NCBI RefSeq assembly: GCF_018350175.1
Contig: NC_058368.1
Coordinates: 116,562,001-116,626,000, forward strand
Direction: 5' to 3'
From: Felis catus
Taxonomy: Eukaryota
DNA: 64,000 bases
The notes beneath the pieces were generated by a model. It saw only the letters and a program-made list of their open reading frames with translations, searched no databases and was not told where the DNA came from. Both the position numbers and the translations under genes were made by a program. Below are positions 23,894 to 36,782 of this stretch, piece by piece. Each line of letters begins with the position of its first letter. Position 1 is the stretch's first letter.

Positions 23894-26800
23894 TGTGTGT
23901 GTGGGGGGGAGTATATACACCACATCTTCTTTGTCCATTAATCCATATATGGACATTTGGACTCTTTCCATATTTTGGCTATTGTCAGTAGTGCTGCTAT
24001 AAACATTGGGGTGCATGTGTCCCATTAAAACAGCATCCCTGTAGCCCTTGGATAAATACCTAGTAGTGCAGTTGCTGGGTCATAGTGTAGTTCTATTTTT
24101 AATTTTTTGAGGGGCCTCCATACTGTTTTCCAGAGTGGCTGCACCACTTTGCATTCCCACTAGCAGTGCAAAAGTGTTCCTCTCTCTCCGCATCCTCACC
24201 AACATCTGTTGTTGCCTGAGTTGTTAATGTTAGCCATTCTGACAGGTGTGAGGTGATATCAATGTGGTTTTGATTTGTATTTCTCTGATGATGAGTGATG
24301 TTGAGCATTTTTTCATGTGTCAGTTGGCCATCTGGATGTCTTCTTTGGAGAAGTGTCTATTCATGTCTTTTGCCCATTTCTTCACTGAATTATTTGTGTT
24401 TTTTGGGTGTGGGGTTTGATAAGTTCTTTATAGATTGTGGATACTAACCCTTTATCTGATATGTCATTTGCAAATATCTTCTTCCATTTTGTTGGTTGCT
24501 TTTTAGTTTTTCTGATTGTTTCCTTCACTGTGTAGAAGATTTTTATTTTCATGAGGTCCCAGTAGTTCATTTTTGCTTTGGTTTCCCTTGCCTTCAGAGG
24601 GGTGTTGAGCAAGAAGTTGCTGCGGCTGAGATCAAAGGGGTTTTTGCCTGCTTTCTCTTCTAGGATTTTGATGGCTTCCTGTCTTGTGTATAGGTCTTTC
24701 ATCCATTTTGAGTTTATTTTTATGTAAGAGAATTATTTATGAAAGAGAATTATTTTATGTAAGAGAATGGTCCAGGTTCATTCTTCTGCTTGTCCCTGTC
24801 CAGTTTTCCCAGCACCGTTTGCTGAAGAGACTGTCTTTATTCCATTGGATATTCCTTCCTGCTTTGTCAAAGATTAGTTGGCCATGTTTGTGGGTCCGTT
24901 TCTGTGTTCTGTATTCTGTTCCATTGATCTGAGTGTTTGTTTCTGTGCCAGTAACATACTGTCTTGATGATTACAGCTTTGTAATACATCTTGAAGTGCA
25001 GTATTGTGATGCCTTCAGGTTTGGTTTTCTTTTTCAAGATTTCTTTGGCTATTTGGGGTCTTTTCTGATTCCATACAAATTTTCAGATTGTTTGTTCTGG
25101 CTCTGTGAAGAATGCTGGTGTTATTTTGATAGGTATTTCATTGAATATGTAGATTGCTTTGGTAGTATTCACATTTTAACAATATTTGTTCTTCCTATCC
25201 AGGAGCATGGAATATTTTCCATTTTGTGTGTGTGTGTCTTCTTCAATTTCTTTCATAAGATTTTTATAGTTTTCAGTGTATAGATTTTTCACCTCTTTGG
25301 TTAGATTTATTCCTAGGTATTTTATGGTTTTTGGTGCAATTGTAAATGGGATCAATTCCTTGATTTATTCCTCTGTTGCTTCATTATTGGTGTAGAGGAA
25401 TGCAACCGATTTCTGTGCATTGATTTTATGTCCTGCGACTTTGCTGAATTCATGAGTCAGTTCTAGCAGTTATTTGGTGGAATCTTTTGGGTTTTCGCAA
25501 AATAGTATCCTGTGATCTGCGAAGAGTGAAAGTTTGATCTCCTCCTGGCCAATTTGGATGCCTTTTATTTCTTTGTGTAATCTGATTGCTGAGGCTAGGA
25601 CTTCCAATACTATGTTGAATAACAGTGGCAAGAGTGGACATCCCTGTTGTATTCCTGACCTTAGGGGGAAAGCTCTCAGTTTTTCCCCATTGAGGATGAT
25701 ATTAGCAGTGGGTCTTTCATATATGGCTTTTATGATCTTTAGGTATGATCCTTCTATCCCTACTTTCATGAGGGTTTTCATCAAGAAAAGATGCTGTGTT
25801 TTGTCAAATGGTTTCTTTACATCTCTTGGTTCATGTGGTTCTTGTCTTTTCTTTTATTGATGTGATGTATCACATTGATTATTTTGTGGATATTGAACCA
25901 GCCATGCATCCCAGGTATAAATCCCACTTGCTTGTGGTAAATAATTTTTTTTAATGTGTCATTGAATCCTGTTGGCTAGTATCTTCTGAGGCTCTTTGCG
26001 TCGATGTTCATCAGGGAAATTGGTCTATAGTTCTCCTTTTTAGTGGAGTCTTTGTCTGGTTTTGGAATCAAGGTAATGCCGGTTTCATAGAGTTTGGAAG
26101 TTTTCCTTCCATTTCTATTTCTTTGGAACAGCTTCAAGAGAATAGGTGTTAACTCTTCTTTAAATGTTTGCTACAATTCCCCTGGAAAGCCATCTGGCCC
26201 TGGACTCTTGTTTTTTGGAAGATTTTTGATTACTAATTCGATTTCTTTACTGGTTATTGGTCTGTTAGAATTTTCTATTTATTCCTGTTTCTAGTATTGG
26301 TAGTTGATATGTTTCTAGGAATTTGTCCATTTCTTCCAGATTGCTCATTTTATTGGTGTATAGTTGCTCGTAATATTCTCTTATTATCGTTTGTATTTCT
26401 GCTGTGTTGGTTGTGATCTCTCCTCTTTCATTCTTGATTTTATTTATTTGGGTACTTTCCTTTTTTCTTTTTGATTGAACTGGCTGGGGGTTTATCAATT
26501 TTGTTAATTCTTTCAAAGAACCAACTTCTGGTTTCATTGATCTGTTATTTTATTTTATTTTTTTGGTTCTGATAGCATTGATTTCTGATAGCATTCTAAT
26601 CTTTATTATTTCCTGTCTTCTGCTGTTTTGGGGTTTTATTTGCTGTTCTTTTACAACACTTTAAGGTGTAAGGTTTGGTTGTGTATATGTGACCTTTTTT
26701 CCTTCTTTAGGAAGGCCTGGATTGCTATATACTTCCCTCTTATGACTGCCTTTGCTGTGTCCCAGAGGTTTTGGGCTGTGGTATTATTATTTTCATTGGC

Positions 26801-29800
26801 TTCTATGTACTTTTTAATTTCCTCTTTAACTTCTTGGTTAGCCCATTAATTATTTAGTAGGATGGTCTTTAGTTTCCAAGTATTTGTTGTCTTTCCACAT
26901 TTTTTCTTGTGATTTCGAGTTTCATAGCATGTGGTCTGAAAAGATGCATGGTATGATCTTGATCTTTTTGTACTTGTTGAGGGCTGATTTGTGTCCCAGT
27001 GTGTGATCTATCCTGAAGAACATTCCATGTGCACTGGAGAAGAATGTATATTCTGCTGCTTTAGGATGAAATGTTCTGAATATATCTGTTAAGTCCATCG
27101 GGTCCAGCGTGTCATTGAAAGCCATCATTTCCTTGTTGATTTTCTGTTTAGATGATCTGTCTATTGCTGTAAGTTGGGTGTTGAAGTCCCTTACTATTAT
27201 GGTATTATTATCAATCAGTTTCTTTAAGGTTGTGATTAATTGATTTATATTTGGATGCTGTCATATTTTGAGCATAAATGTTAACAATTGTTAGATCTTC
27301 TTGGTGGATAAGCCCCTTAACTATGATATAATGCTCTTCTTCATCTCTTGTTACAGTCTTTATTTTAAAGTCTATATTGTCTAATATAAGTATGGCTACT
27401 CCAGCTTTCTTTTGGTGACCATTAGCATGATAGATAATTCTCCATCCCCTTACTTTCAATCTGAAGATGTCTTTGAATCTAAGTGGGTCCCTTATAAACA
27501 GCATATAGATGGATATTGTTTTCTTATCCATTCTGTTACTCTATATCTTTTGACCAGAGCATTTAGTTCATTGACGTTTAGAGTGAGTACTGAAAGATAT
27601 GAATTTATTGCCATTATGTTGCCTGTAGAGTTGGAGTTTCTGGTTGTGTTCTCTGGTTCTTTCTAGTCTTTGTTGCTTTTGGTCTTTTTTTTTTTCCATC
27701 TTTCCTCCCTTCAGAGTCCCCTTTAAAACTTCTTGCAGGGCTGGTTTAGTGGTCACCAACTTCTTTAATTTTTGTTTGTCTGGGAAACTTTTTCCCTCCT
27801 ATTTTGAATGACAACCTTGCTGGATAAAGAATTCTTGGCTGCATATTTTTCCTCTTCAGCACGTTGAATATATCCTGCCACTTCTTTCTGGCCTGCCATG
27901 TTTCTGTGGGTAGGTCTGCTGCAACCTGATCTGTCTTCCCTTGTAGGTTAAGGATTTTTTTTTTCCTTGCTGCTTTCACGATTCTTTCCTTACCTGAGTA
28001 TTTTGTGAATTTGACTATGATATGCCTTGTTGATGGTTGATTTTTGTTGAATCTAATGGGAGTCATCTGTGCTTCCTGGATTTTGATTTTCCAGGGTAGG
28101 AAAGTTTTCTGCTGTGGTTTGCTCACATAACCCTCCAACCCCTTTTTCTCCCTCTTCATCTTCTGGGACCCCTATGATTCTGATGTTCCTTTTTAATGAG
28201 GCACTTATTTCTGTAATTCTTAAATCATGCTCTTTGGCCTTAGTGTCCCTCTTTTTGTCTGCTTTATTGTTCTCCATAAGTTTGTACTCTATATCACAGA
28301 TTTGCTGCTCTGCCTCATCCATACTTGTTTCTGTAGCATCTATTAAAGATTGCATCTCATTTATAGCATGTTTTATTTCATCCTGACTAGCTTTTATCTC
28401 CGCAGATAGGGATTCTAATCTGTTTTCAACCCCAGCTAGTATTGTTATTATCGAGATTCTAAATTCTGGTTCAGACATCTTGCTCATATTTGTGTTGATT
28501 AAGTCCCTGTCTGTCATTTCTTCCTGTTCTTTCTTTTGGGATGAATTCCTTCATTTCATCATTTTGAAGGAAGAAAATGAATTAATAAGGTAAAAAAGTT
28601 AAAAATAAAAAATTAAAAACAACACAAAAAAATCAAGTAAAGGATGCTAGATCCTAGGTGTGTTCTGGTCTGGTTGTTGAAAGGAGCTTGGTAGATTACA
28701 GAAAAAAGGGAAAGATAAGAAAAGGAAAAGAAAAGGAAAATGTTTGAAAATTTGAAAAAATGATACAATGAAATAGAATGAAATGATGGAAGTAAAAAAA
28801 TAGAATTTGAAAAATTTACAAAAAAATATAGTAGAAAAAATTAAAAAAATATTTTAATAGAAATGGGATATAAAATAAATTTTTTTCTCTTTCTGTATTC
28901 AAGAATAAGAAAAGAAAAAAATTGAATAGATGTACCAGCAAACAGACTGAAGTATGATTGAAATTACATTGGTTTCCCCTAGAAGTCAAACTATGAAGCA
29001 CTTTATAGTCTGTATACTAAGCAGGCAGAGAGACTTGTGTTGTTCCTAAAGAGCAATGTTGGCCCAGTTGGGTGGGGCTTAGTGTAATGGCTCTGTTCTC
29101 CACTAGATGGCTCTGCTTAGCTTACTGGGGTGGATTGTTGTGGCGCCTGTTCATGTGCATGTGCATGTGCATGTGCGAAAGGGTTGAAAATGGCCTCACC
29201 CCACTACCCAGTCTCTACTATCACAACTCTTTGCTCTCCCCGACCAGCAGTCACACACCCCTCTTTGTCTCCAGCTTCCATCCACTCTCTGCTTTTACAC
29301 TGTGTGTGACCAAGCTGTCAGGTTGCCAGGCAGTACCTTTCTCCTGAGTTTTATCTCACATGTGGCTGTGTTTCCCAACCCTTCACTTCTGAGGGACTGT
29401 GGCTTTGACCTGCTCAGACGTTCTGGGGGAGGGTCTCACTGAGCAATGACCAGGTACTGGCTTGTCCCCAGGAACATTTGGGAGACCATGCTGCTGCTGA
29501 TGCCCAGAGACTGCAGCTGGTTCCCAGCCTGCCCCAGAAAAAGTTAACGTGATCATGTAGCAGCAGTGTTTCAGGGATTATGGAAAATCACAACACACAT
29601 CTGGCACCAGGCTTCCCCCTTAATGTCCTTGTTCCAGCACCAGCGAATATGGTTGTTCTCTGGGGTCCACTGGGACCTTTGCCTGTGGGGAGGCCTCACA
29701 GCCTCTACCAAATGTCCTCCCAGCAGGGGAACTGCCTCTCCTCCTGTTGCCTGAGGACTCCAAGGACCTTGCTCTCTGCTTCTGGGGATTCACACTTCCC

Positions 29801-30272
29801 ACCAGAGCACCCTCAGGTATTGAGCTGCAGAGTTTCAGACTCTGCACTCCCCTTGTTTATAGAGTCTTAATGGAATTTAAACCCTCTCCTTTCTCCTTTC
29901 TTCCTTTTTTGTTCAGTCCCTTGTGTACTCTTTCTTTTGTCTCCAGCTGCTTTCAGGTGTGTGTGTGGGGGGATGTTTTCTGTACTCTCCTCCCATCTCT
30001 GTCCAATCTCCACAAGCGAAAACAGCTCCCTGCCCTCCACAGCTTTCTCCCCCAGTTCACCTCTCTGTGCCATGTGCCTGCTAAGTTCTCTGGTTCAGGT
30101 TGTGCAGATTATTATATTAATCCTCAAATCAGTTTTCTAGGTGTGCAGGATGGTTTAGTGTTGATCTGGCTGTATTTCAGGGAAGAGAGATGCAAAAACA
30201 AACAAAAAAAAAAACAACATAAAAAAACACAAAAAAAAAAACCTTCCATGCTGTCTTGCCATCTTGGTCACT
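23446..30272 (-). mobile_element. full-length felid L1 (~6.8 kb), ORFs disrupted
   Basis: 5' end ..ccaagatggc; 5'UTR ~28560-30272; ORF1 peptides (ORFs 28053, 27746); ORF2 from ATG at 27614 ([31 protein letters not shown]); poly(A); near-TSD cagaaKttttt at 23435 and 30273. Confidence 0.93.
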
Positions 30273-30739
30273 CAGAATTTTTTTTATCTTTATGAGGTCC
30301 CAATTGTTCATTTTTTATTTTGTTTCCCTTACCTCTGGAGACAAGTCAAGTAAGAAGTTGCTGCAGCCTAGGTCAAATAGGTTGCTGCCTGTTTTCTCAT
30401 GTAGGTTTTTGATGGTTTCCTATCTCACATTTAGGTCTTTCATCCATTTTTAATTTATTTTTGTGTATGGTGTAAGAAAGTGGTCCAGTTTCATTCTTCT
30501 GCATATCGTTGTCCAGTTCTCCCAGTACCATTTGCTAGAGACTGTGTTTTTTCCATTGGATATTCTTTCCTGCTTTGTCAAAGATCAGTTGGCCATATTT
30601 TATGGCTCTATTTCTGGGTTCTCTATTCTGTTCCACTGATCTGAGTATCTGTTTTTGTGCCAGTACCATACTGTCTTGATGATTACTGCTTTGTAATACC
30701 ATTTGAAGTCTAGAATTGTGATGTCTCCAGCTTTGGTTT

Positions 30740-31132
30740 CCTTTCTTTTTTTAAAAGTATTTATTTATTTTTTTAATTTACATCCAAGTTAGTTAGCATA
30801 TCGTGAAACAATGATTTCAGGAGTAGATTCCTTAATACCCGTTACCCATTTAGCCCATCACCCCTCCCACAACCCCTCCAGCAATCCTCTGTTTGTTCTC
30901 CATATTTAAGAGTCTCTTATGTTTTGTTCTCCTGTCTGTTTTTATATTATTTTTGCTTCCCTTCCCTTATGTTCATCTGTTTTGTATCTTAAGTTCTCAT
31001 GTGAGTGAAGTTATATGATATATGTCTTTCTCTGACTAATTTTGCTTAGCATAATACCCTCTAGTTCCATCCAAGTAGTTGCAAATGGCAAGATTTCATT
31101 CTGTTTGATTGCTGAGTAATACTCCATTGTGT

Positions 31133-31181
<49 letters not shown>

Positions 31182-32130
31182 TGTGTGTGTATATGTGTAT
31201 ATATGTATATATATTTACATATATGTATATATATATATGTATATATATATGCCACATCTTTATCCATTCATCCATTGATGGAAATTTGGGCTCTTTCCAT
31301 ACTTTGGCTATTGTCAATAGTGCTTCTATAAACATTGGGGTGCATGTATCCCTTCAAAACAGCATCCCTTTATCACTTGGATAAATACCTAGTAGTGCAA
31401 TTGCTGGGTCGTAGGGTAGTTCTATTTTTAATTTTTTGAGTAACCTCCATACTGTTTTTCAAAGAGGCTGCACCAGTTTGCATTCCCTTGCGTTCTCTTG
31501 CAAAAGAGATCCTCTTTCTCCGCATCCTCACCAACATCTGTTGTTGCCAGAGTTGTTAATGTTAGCCATTCTGACAGGTGCAAGGTGGTATCTTATTGTA
31601 GTTTTGATTTGTATTTCTCTGATGATGAGTGATGTTGAGTATTTTTTCATGTGTCGGTTGGCCATCCGGATGTCTTCTTTGGAGAAGTGTCTATTCATGT
31701 CTTTTGCACATTTCTTCACTGGATTATTATTATTATTATTATTATTATTATTGTTATTGTTATTTTTGGTTGTTGAGTTTGATAAGTTATTTATAGATTT
31801 TGGATACTAACCCTTTATCTGGTATGTTGTTTGTATATATCTTCTCCCATTCCGTCAGTTGCCTTTTACTTTGCTGATTGTTTCCTTTGCTGTGCAGAAG
31901 GTTTTTATTTTGATGAGGTCTCAATAGTTCATTTTTACTTTGGTTTCCCTTTGCCTCTGGAGAGGTGTTGAGTAAGAAGTTGCTGCGGCCGAGGTCACAG
32001 AGGTTTTTGCCTGCTTTCTCCTCTAGGATTTTGATGGCTTCCTGTCTTACATTTAGGTCTTTCATCCATTTTGAGTTTATTTTTGTGTATGGTGTAAGAA
32101 AGTGGTCCAGGTTCATTTTTCTGCATGTTT
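30740..32130 (-). mobile_element. 5'-truncated felid L1
   Basis: ORF2 C-terminus plus tail; TSD tccagctttggttt at 30726-30739 and 32131-32144. Confidence 0.92.
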
Positions 32131-33446
32131 TCCAGCTTTGGTTTTCTTTTTCAATATTGCTTTGGCTATTCGGGGTCTTTTGTGGTTCCATACAAATTTT
32201 AGAATTGTTAGTTCTAGCTCTGTGAGGAATGTTGGTGTTATTTTGACAGGGATTGTATTGAATGTGTAGATCGCTTTGGGTAGTATTGACATTTTAACAA
32301 TATTTGTTCTTCCAATTCATGAGCATGGAATGTTTTCCATTTCTTTGTGTCTTCTGTAATTTTCTTTTAATATTATTGTGTGATTTTAGTATTAGAGTAA
32401 TAAGTGTCTCATAAAATGCCTTAGGAAGTGTTCCTTCTGTTTCTATTTTTTTTTTGGAAGAAATTGTACAAAATTTGTATCATTTCTTCTTTATATTTTT
32501 GGTAAAATTTGAAACAATTTGGGCCTGGTGATTTCTGTTTTCAAAGTTTATTAATTGTTCATTCAATTTTCTTAAAAGATATACACTTATTCAGTTTATC
32601 TGTTTCTCCTTGGATGAGTTTTGTCAGATTGTGCCTTCCAAGAAATTGGGTTATTTCATTTAAGTTATCAAGTTAGTGGGTATAGAATTGTTTATATTTA
32701 TTATCATTTCAATGTCCATGGGATCACTACTAATGGTGACTTTTTAATTTCCAATATTAGTAATTTGTGCCTTCTTTCTTTTTTGCTTGCTTAGATTGGT
32801 TAGAGGTTTATCACTTTATATTTTTGACGAATCAGGTTTTGGTTTCATTGATTTTTATCTGTGGTTTGCCTGGTTTATACTTTCATTGGCTTTTACTCTA
32901 ATTTTAGTTTTATCTTTTCTTTTGCTTACTCTGGATTTAATTTGCTCTTATTTTTTCTAGTTTTCTAAAGTGGAAGATTAGATTATTGATTTGAGATTTT
33001 TTTTCTTTTCTAATATATGTTTTCAATGCTATAAGTTTTTGTCTAAGCACTGTTTTTGCTGCAACCCACAAATTTTGCTATGTAATATTTTCATTCCCAT
33101 TTAGTTTAAAGTATTTTAAAATTTATTTTGTGACTCCTTATTTGACTCATATTATTTAGTTGTCTTTTGTTTAATCTCCACATACTTTGGGAATTTGCAG
33201 CTTTCTGTTAGTAATTTTTATTTCAATTCCACTGTGGTTTGAGAGCTTACTTTGTCTGATTTCTATCCTCTTAAGTTTGGTGAGGTGTGTTTTATGGCTC
33301 AGGGTGTGGTCTGTCTTGGTGAATGTTCTATTTGATATTGAGAATTGTGTATTCTGTGGTTGTTTAATAACATATTCTATAATTCTATAAGTGTCAGATT
33401 CAGTTGATTGAATGTCAGTTAGATTCAGTTGATTGATGGTGCTTTT

Positions 33447-33683
33447 ATTTTTTTTTTAATTTTTTTTCAACGTTTTATTTATTTATTTATTTATTTTTGG
33501 GACAGAGAGAGACAGAGCATGAACGGGGGAGGGGCCGAGAGAGAGGGAGACACAGAATCTGAAACAGGCTCCAGGCTCCGAGCCATCAGCCCAGAGCCTG
33601 ACGCGGGGCTCGAACTCCTGGACCGCGAGATCGTGACCTGGCTGAAGTCGGACGCTTAACCGACTGCGCCACCCAGGCGCCCC
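33447..33683 (-). mobile_element. CanSINE, young feline type
   Basis: Perfect 17-bp TSD tgattgatggtgctttt at 33430-33446 and 33684-33700. Confidence 0.95.
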
Positions 33684-34018
33684 TGATTGATGGTGCTTTT
33701 AGTTCAACTGTGTTCTTACTATTTTTTTCTGGATCTGTCCATTACTTGTTGAGGGGTTTTGAAGTCTCCAAATATAATAGTAGATTTGTATATTTTCTCT
33801 TTCATTTCTATCAGTCTTTTGCTTCATGTGTTTTGATGCTGTGTTGTTGGGTGCATTCAGGATTACACATTTAGGATTGTTTAGTCTTCTTACAGAACTG
33901 ACCACTTTTTCATTGTTTAATTCCCATATTTACCCCTCATCATTTTCCTTGCTCTGAAATCTGCTTTGTCTTAAATTGAAATGGCTATTCTAGCTTTATT
34001 TAGATTACTGGTAGTGTG

Positions 34019-34020
<2 letters not shown>

Positions 34021-34064
<44 letters not shown>

Positions 34065-34139
34065 ATATATATATATGGATATATATATATATGGATATAT
34101 ATGGATATATATATATGGATATATATATATATATGGATA

Positions 34140-34172
<33 letters not shown>
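34021..34172. repeat. (TA)n / (GGATATATAT)n microsatellite
   Basis: Directly visible. Confidence 0.95.
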
Positions 34173-34280
34173 CCATATCCATATATCTGCTTTTAACCTA
34201 TCTGTGTGTTTCTGCTAAGTGGGTTTCTTGTAGACAAAATATAATTTGGTCTTGTTTTTTATCCACTCTGATAGCCTGTA

Positions 34281-34505
34281 TTTTTTTTTTAAGTTTATTC
34301 AGTTATTGAGAGAGAGATAGAGAGAGAGAAAGAACACACAAGTGTGGGAGGGGCAGAGAGAAAGGGAGAAAGACAGAATCCCAAGTAGGCCCCACACTGT
34401 CAGTGCAGAGCCTGATGCAGGGTTCGAACTCCCAAACCATGAGATTGTGACCTGAGCAAAAACCAAAAGTGGGACACTCAACTGACTGAGCCACCCAGGT
34501 TCCCC
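34281..34505 (-). mobile_element. CanSINE
   Basis: SINE head and (GA)n. Confidence 0.9.
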
Positions 34506-35035
34506 TAATAGTCTCTATCTTTTAATTGGCATGTTTAGACCATTAACTTTCTTTTTGGATTTCTTTTTCCAAATGTTTATTAAATTCTAGTTGGTTAACA
34601 TATCGAGTATTAGTTTCAGGAGTAGAATTTAGTGATTGTTCACTTACATACAACAGCCAGTGCTTAATATAACAAGTGCCCTCCTTAATACCCATTACCC
34701 ATTTATCCTCCCCACCTCCCCCCAACCTTCCATCCAGCAACCCTCAGTTTGTTTTCTGCAGTTAAGAGTTCTTAGGGCTTGCTTCCCACTCTTTTTTTTC
34801 CCTCTTCCTTTATGTTTGGTTTTTTGTTTCTTAAATTCCACATATGTGTGAAATCATATGGTATTTGTGTTTCTCTACTTGACTTATTTCACTTAGTATA
34901 ATACACTCTAGCTCCATCCACATTGCTGCAAATGGCAAGATTTCAGTATTTTTGGTGGCTGAATAATATTCCATTATATATGTATAACATATATATATAT
35001 GTATAATGTATATTCCATTTTATATGTATAATGTA

Positions 35036-35071
<36 letters not shown>

Positions 35072-35159
35072 CACATACCACATCTTCTTTATCTGTTCAT
35101 CAATCAGTGGATATTTGGGTTCTTTCCATAATTGGGCTTTTGTTGATAATGCTGCTATG

Positions 35160-35374
35160 GGGGCGCCTGGGTGGCACAGTCGGTTAAGCGTCCGACTTCA
35201 GCCAGGTCACGATCTCGCGGTCCGTGAGTTCGAGCCCCGCGTCGGGCTCTGGGCTGATGGCTCAGAGCCTGGAGCCTGTTTCCGATTCTGTGTCTCCCTC
35301 TCTCTCTGCCCCTCCCCCGTTCATGCTCTGTCTCTCTCTGTCCCAAAAATAAATAAACATTAAAAAAAAAAAAA
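35160..35374 (+). mobile_element. CanSINE, young feline type
   Basis: TSD gataatgctgctatg at 35145-35159 and 35375-35389. Confidence 0.95.
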
Positions 35375-35413
35375 GATAATGCTGCTATGAACATCAGGGT
35401 ACTTGGATCAGTA

Positions 35414-35466
35414 TTTTTTTTTTTAATTAGAGAGAGAGATATAGAGCACAAGTGAAGAAGAGGGGC

Positions 35467-35513
<47 letters not shown>

Positions 35514-35709
35514 CTTAAGCAGCCTCCACACTCAGCACATAGCCTGACATAGGGGTTGATTCCATATATCTCCATATATCTGATTTTAACCTATCTGTTT
35601 CTGTTAATTGGGTTTCTGCTAAATGGGTTTCTTTCTGTTAAGTAGGAATCATGACCTGAACCAAAATAAAAAATTAGGTACTCTACTGACTGAGACACCC
35701 AGGGGCCCC
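35414..35709 (-). mobile_element. CanSINE carrying an ~84-bp insertion
   Basis: SINE body interrupted at 35561-35644. Confidence 0.88.
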
Positions 35710-35788
35710 TCAAGTAAGTATTTTTGTGTCCTTTGGGTAAATACCTAGTAGTGCAATTCCTGGCTTGTAGAGTAGCTATATTTTTAAC

Positions 35789-35985
35789 TTTTTTTTTTTA
35801 ATTTTTAGAGAGAGGGTGCATGCAAGTGGTGGAGAGGGGCCAAGGGGGAGAGAGAGAAAGAGAATCTCAAGCAGGCTCCACAATCGGCATGAAGCCTGAT
35901 GTGGGGCTTGATCCCATGAACCTGGGATCACTACCTGAACCAAAATCAAGAGTTGGATGCTCCACTAACTGAGCCACCAAGTCAC
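35789..35985 (-). mobile_element. CanSINE
   Basis: SINE motifs; flanking tatttttaa duplicated. Confidence 0.88.
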
Positions 35986-36315
35986 TCTTATTTTTAATTT
36001 TTTGGGGAACTCCATACTGTTTTCCAGATTGGCTGTGCCCGTTTACATTCCCACTAACAGTGTAAGAGGCTTCCCCTTTCTCTGCATCCTTGTCAACATC
36101 TGTTGTTTTCTGTGTTGTTAATTTTAACCAGTCTTACAGTTGTGAGGTCCTATCTCATCATGGTTTTCTTTTGTATTTCCCCAATGATGAGTGATATTGA
36201 GCATCTTTTCATGTGTCTGTTGGCCATCTGGATGTCTTCTTTGGAAAAAAAATGTCTATTAATGTCTTCTGCCCATTTCTTAACTTTTTGGGGGGGGGTG
36301 TTGAGTTTGGTAAAT

Positions 36316-36390
36316 TATTTTTATTTTATTTTATTTTATTTTATTTTATTTTATTTTATTTTATTTTAGAGAGGGTGCAAGTGAGCAAAT

Positions 36391-36450
<60 letters not shown>

Positions 36451-36674
36451 CTCAGGAGGAACAGAGGCGGAGAGGGAGAGGGAGAGAGAAGCAGAGCTCA
36501 CCCGATGTGGGGCCCATGTTTATCCCATGTGGAACTCGTGCTCTCTCAATGCAGGGCAGGAGCTCACCCAAAGTGGGACATGAGCTCACCTGATGTGGGA
36601 TTTCAGCTCACGAACCATGAGACCACGACCAGAACCAAAGTGAGATGCTTAACAACTGAGCCACCCAGGTGCCT
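36316..36674 (-). mobile_element. CanSINE variant with tandem B-box-derived units
   Basis: About 5 units of 22 bp at 36496-36610; (TTTTA)n tail. Confidence 0.85.
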
Positions 36675-36782
36675 GGTATGTTCTTTATAGATTTTGGATA
36701 CTAACCCTTTATGTCATTTGCAAATATCTTCTACCATTTTGTAGGCTGCCTTTTAGATTTGTTGATTGTTTCCTTTACTGTG

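Larger units (their letters stand above)
22385..32370 (-). mobile_element. 5'-truncated L1, host of two further L1s (pieces 22385-23445, 30273-30739, 32131-32370)
   Basis: ORF2 sequence is contiguous once the TSD-bounded inserts are removed. Confidence 0.8.
32371..34551 (-). mobile_element. old L1M ORF2 (endonuclease-side) fossil
   Basis: ORF 33699 (APNNTASKHMKQK) and other degenerate ORF2 motifs. Confidence 0.75.
34552..36782 (-). mobile_element. carnivore L1 3' segment (contains four SINEs)
   Basis: 3'UTR and ORF2 end; stops abruptly at 36782. Confidence 0.85.

Noticed and set aside
23446..30272. Retrotransposition-competent L1
   Set aside because: ORF1 and ORF2 are fragmented across many frames.
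29747..30295. 182-aa antisense ORF in the L1 5'UTR as an ORF0 analogue
   Set aside because: Non-ATG start, low-complexity sequence, reads through an A-rich tract and past the element end.
33981..34309. YI/CV/ER-repeat ORFs (also at 31061-31384, 36213-36593, 47356 and 58206)
   Set aside because: Translations of microsatellites.
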